Assembly (NCBI GenBank): GCA_964525365.1
Contig: CAZGGW010000002.1
Location: forward strand, 1-53,114
Direction of reading: 5' to 3'
Length of the DNA: 53,114 bases
Origin: an uncultured Muribaculaceae bacterium
GTDB taxonomy: Bacteria; Bacillota_I; Bacilli_A; RF39; UBA660
Made by a program: the position numbers and the translations under genes. Below the pieces are notes generated by a model. That model was not told the DNA's origin. It ran no database searches and saw only the letters and a program-made list of their open reading frames with translations. Numbering within the stretch: the first letter of the stretch is position 1; every line of letters starts with the position of its first letter. Below, piece by piece: positions 48,552 to 53,114 of this stretch.

Positions 48552-49322
48552 ATGGAAAATATAAAAATTGGCGACTATGTAACTCGCAATTCTTATAACA
48601 ATGATATTTTATTTGAAGTTATGAAAATTAATGAAGACAAAGTTGTTTTGCGAGGCGTAGAACTTCGATTGATTGCGGATTCATCAAAAGAAGACTTAAA
48701 AGTTGTAAAAAAAAACACAATAAATTTTCAGTATGATATTAAATCTATTAGCAATAACTTTAATAGAGGAGAGTATTTTTATATTCCTGGAAAGATATTG
48801 CACATAGATTCAGATGACAATTACCTACAACAATGTGTAGAATATTATAAAAAAAACAATGTGTTAGCTTTTGGTATAAAAATATCTGAGAAAGATGTAG
48901 AAAGTAGAGTATATGAATATTTAAAAGAAATAAATCCAAATATTTTGGTAATTACTGGTCACGACTCATATTCTAAAAAAAATAGTACATATAGAAATAG
49001 TAAATATTATATTTCTTCGGTAAAAAAAGCTAGAAAATACAAAAAAAGTAATTATGATTTGGTGATAATTGCTGGTGCTTGTCAAAGTGATTATAAAGGA
49101 TTAATAAGTGCTGGAGCCACATTCGCCTCTAGTCCTAAAAAAATAAATATTCATGCACTAGATCCGGCCATCATTGCTACAAGTATAAGCTTAATAGAAA
49201 AAAACGAGTTAATAAATCCTAAAGAATTATTGTCTAAAACAAAATATAAAGAAGATGGAATTGGGGGTATAGAAATAAACGGAACAATGGAAAAAGGATA
49301 TCCTAGAAATGAGGAAATGTGA
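48552..49322 (+). CDS. yabG: Sporulation-specific peptidase YabG
   Basis: 256 aa: IGDYVTRNSYNNDILF, ILVITGHD, IIAGACQS. It lies between rsmA and veg as in Bacillus. Confidence 0.85.
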   Translation: MENIKIGDYVTRNSYNNDILFEVMKINEDKVVLRGVELRLIADSSKEDLKVVKKNTINFQYDIKSISNNFNRGEYFYIPGKILHIDSDDNYLQQCVEYYKKNNVLAFGIKISEKDVESRVYEYLKEINPNILVITGHDSYSKKNSTYRNSKYYISSVKKARKYKKSNYDLVIIAGACQSDYKGLISAGATFASSPKKINIHALDPAIIATSISLIEKNELINPKELLSKTKYKEDGIGGIEINGTMEKGYPRNEEM

Positions 49323-49531
49323 ATATAACGGAAGCTAAAGACAATATAAAAAAAATGTTGGGTAAAAAAGTAAAAGCCAAGGTATATATGGGAAGAAATA
49401 AATATGAATCATACGAAGGTATAATTAATGAAATATACCCAAGTTTATTTACCATAAAAGTTGGTAAAAACATAAAATCATATTCATATGCAGATTTACT
49501 TATTAGAAATATTATTATACAAATAAAATAA
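49319..49531 (+). CDS. veg: Veg protein
   Basis: The GTG start follows GAGGA. IINEIYPSLFTIKV...KSYSYADLL parallels B. subtilis Veg (ILAETYPSVFVIQL...VSYSYADIL). Confidence 0.85.
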   Translation: MNITEAKDNIKKMLGKKVKAKVYMGRNKYESYEGIINEIYPSLFTIKVGKNIKSYSYADLLIRNIIIQIK

Positions 49532-49603
49532 ATTTTTAAAAAAACATTGAATTTTTATAATAAAAGATGTATCATAAATATGAGTTTAACTTAAGGAGGA
49601 AAA

Positions 49604-49894
49604 ATGAAAATAACATCAGTTAAAATACGTAAAGTTGAAAAGGAAAACTCACGTATGAAAGGAAGTGCTACAGTGGTTCTAGACGATGCATTTGCTGTAC
49701 ACGATATCAGAATTATTGAAGGAGAAAAAGGATTGTTTATAGCAATGCCAAGTAGAAAAACACCTACTGGTGGATATAGAGATATAGCACATCCAATTAC
49801 TCAAGAAGTAAGAAGTATGTTTGAAAGAGAAATACTAGATGCATACGAGAATGCTGAAGACTATGTTCCAGAACAAGAAACTGAAGAAGAATAA
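49604..49894 (+). CDS. spoVG: Septation protein SpoVG
   Basis: 96 aa: MKITSVKIRKV...KGSATVVLDDAFAVHDIRIIEGEKGLFIAMPSRKTPTGGYRDIAHPI. RBS AAGGAGG. Confidence 0.95.
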   Translation: MKITSVKIRKVEKENSRMKGSATVVLDDAFAVHDIRIIEGEKGLFIAMPSRKTPTGGYRDIAHPITQEVRSMFEREILDAYENAEDYVPEQETEEE

Positions 49895-49896
49895 TT

Positions 49897-49917
49897 AAAA
49901 GCCGTAAGGCTTTTTTT
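49897..49917 (+). terminator. Intrinsic terminator of spoVG
   Basis: AAAAGCC-GTAA-GGCTTTT followed by TTT. Confidence 0.7.
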
Positions 49918-49960
49918 AATAAAACAATATTTTTAATCATATAATAATTTAGGAGGAATT

Positions 49961-50248
49961 ATGGATAAAAATATTTCAAATACCATTAATCATCAAATTC
50001 AAATTAACGACCGAAAAGAAATAAAAATAACTGGAATTAAAAAAATTGAAAATTTTGATAAAGAAGAATTTTTTATTGAAAGCAAAATGGGTTATATTTT
50101 AATAAAAGGAGAAAATCTTGAATTGTTAAAATTAGATACCATACAAGGAATTTTATTTATACAAGGAAATATAAACAGTCTTATATATATTGAGGAAGGC
50201 AAGAAAAAACAAAAAAAAGAAAGTGTTTTTTCAAAATTGTTTAAATAA
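49961..50248 (+). CDS. yabP: Sporulation protein YabP
   Basis: 95 aa: ITGIKKIENFDKEEFFIESKMGYILIKGENLEL. It is followed by yabQ and divIC, as in Bacillus. Confidence 0.8.
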   Translation: MDKNISNTINHQIQINDRKEIKITGIKKIENFDKEEFFIESKMGYILIKGENLELLKLDTIQGILFIQGNINSLIYIEEGKKKQKKESVFSKLFK

Positions 50249-50607
50249 TGAATTTGCGCATTCAATTATTATCAATCTTTTTTTCATTTGCGTATGGACT
50301 AATTTTTTCAATCTTATATATTTTGTTTACTAATTTTTTATATAAACCTGCAAAAAGATATAAAATATTAATAAATTTATTGTTTGTAACAGTCACTTTC
50401 TTAATATTTTTTATTATTTTAAAAATCATTAATAACGGAATGTTACATTTTTCTTTATTTTTCATTTTCTTTTCAACTTTTTTATTTTTTCAGAATAGAT
50501 TTAAAAATGTTGTACCAAAAATAAATGTCAAAATTGATGTAAACGATAATAAAAAACTTGTTAGGAGAAATAGAAGTTGTTATAATAATAAAAGAAATAG
50601 GAGATAA
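50248..50607 (+). CDS. yabQ: Spore cortex biosynthesis protein YabQ
   Basis: 119 aa with 3 TM helices (FSFAYGLIFSILY...). The TAATG overlap with yabP indicates translational coupling, and the synteny is conserved. Confidence 0.65.
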   Translation: MNLRIQLLSIFFSFAYGLIFSILYILFTNFLYKPAKRYKILINLLFVTVTFLIFFIILKIINNGMLHFSLFFIFFSTFLFFQNRFKNVVPKINVKIDVNDNKKLVRRNRSCYNNKRNRR

Positions 50608-50608
50608 A

Positions 50609-50896
50609 ATGAAAGGCCGCGGCGTTAAAAACAAAAGAAGAATTGTTACTCTTTTTATCTTAATGATACCGTTGCTTGTAATATTTGTAAGTAACATGTT
50701 TTCATATTGGTCTACTATTTATAAAAATATAAAAGAAAAAGAAAAATTGAATGTTGATTATAATAATATTTTGGAAGAAGAGGAAAATTTAAAAAGCGAA
50801 ATAGAAAAACTACAAAATCCAGAATATGTAGCAAGATATGCTCGAGAAAAATATTTATTTTCCAAAGATGGCGAAATAATAATCAAATTAGAATAA
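50609..50896 (+). CDS. divIC: Septum formation initiator FtsB/DivIC
   Basis: The ATG at 50609 has RBS AGGAGA. A basic N-terminus and one TM segment precede a coiled coil, then PEYVARYAREKY. Confidence 0.75.
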   Translation: MKGRGVKNKRRIVTLFILMIPLLVIFVSNMFSYWSTIYKNIKEKEKLNVDYNNILEEEENLKSEIEKLQNPEYVARYAREKYLFSKDGEIIIKLE

Positions 50897-50967
50897 AATT
50901 ATTACTATTTTGCTATACATTTTATTTAATATTTGGTAAAATTTTAATTGTGGGAAATGAGGAAATT

Positions 50968-53114
<2,147 letters not shown>

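Overview
This window is the chromosomal replication-origin region of a very AT-rich, endospore-forming low-GC Firmicute. The genetic code is standard: TGA terminates ORFs and Trp is TGG. Gene orientation flips at about 25.1-25.4 kb, where rpmH and dnaA diverge around a DnaA-box cluster. To the left, almost everything is on the minus strand: secA, hpf, csp, spoIIID, spoIIQ, spoIID, rpiB, rpmE, murA, ytaF, spoIIR, prmC, prfA, rpoE, noc-like parB, rsmG, mnmG, mnmE, jag, yidC, rnpA and rpmH. To the right, almost everything is on the plus strand: dnaA, dnaN, comK-like, recF, gyrB, gyrA, a small SRP RNA, tadA, dnaX, ybaB, recR, bofA, holB, yaaT/ricT, yabB, rsmI, pth, mfd, spoVT, dut, tatD, yabE-like, rsmA, yabG, veg, spoVG, yabP, yabQ, divIC/ftsB, tilS and ftsH. 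Non-core content consists of: (1) a complete agr-type peptide quorum-sensing locus at 2.3-5.1 kb; (2) a catalytically degenerate SGNH-like gene plus a duplicated 3' remnant near rpmE; (3) a two-gene secreted/sortase-substrate module and a 470-bp repeat-bearing, oppositely oriented small-ORF islet inserted between rsmG and a Noc-type ParB, where soj-spo0J would normally sit; (4) a comK homologue in the dnaN-recF gap; (5) a head-on ppa between mfd and spoVT. Chromosome-organisation sites are readable directly. Two parS sites lie downstream of gyrA, one of them inside a 36-bp perfect palindrome. A perfect Noc-binding-site palindrome lies inside dnaX. I see no CRISPR array, IS element, prophage, rRNA/tRNA gene or recognisable defence system. 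The best candidates for something undescribed are the rsmG-noc insertion and the unusual Noc-like protein. All functional calls rest on motif recognition by eye, with no database search.
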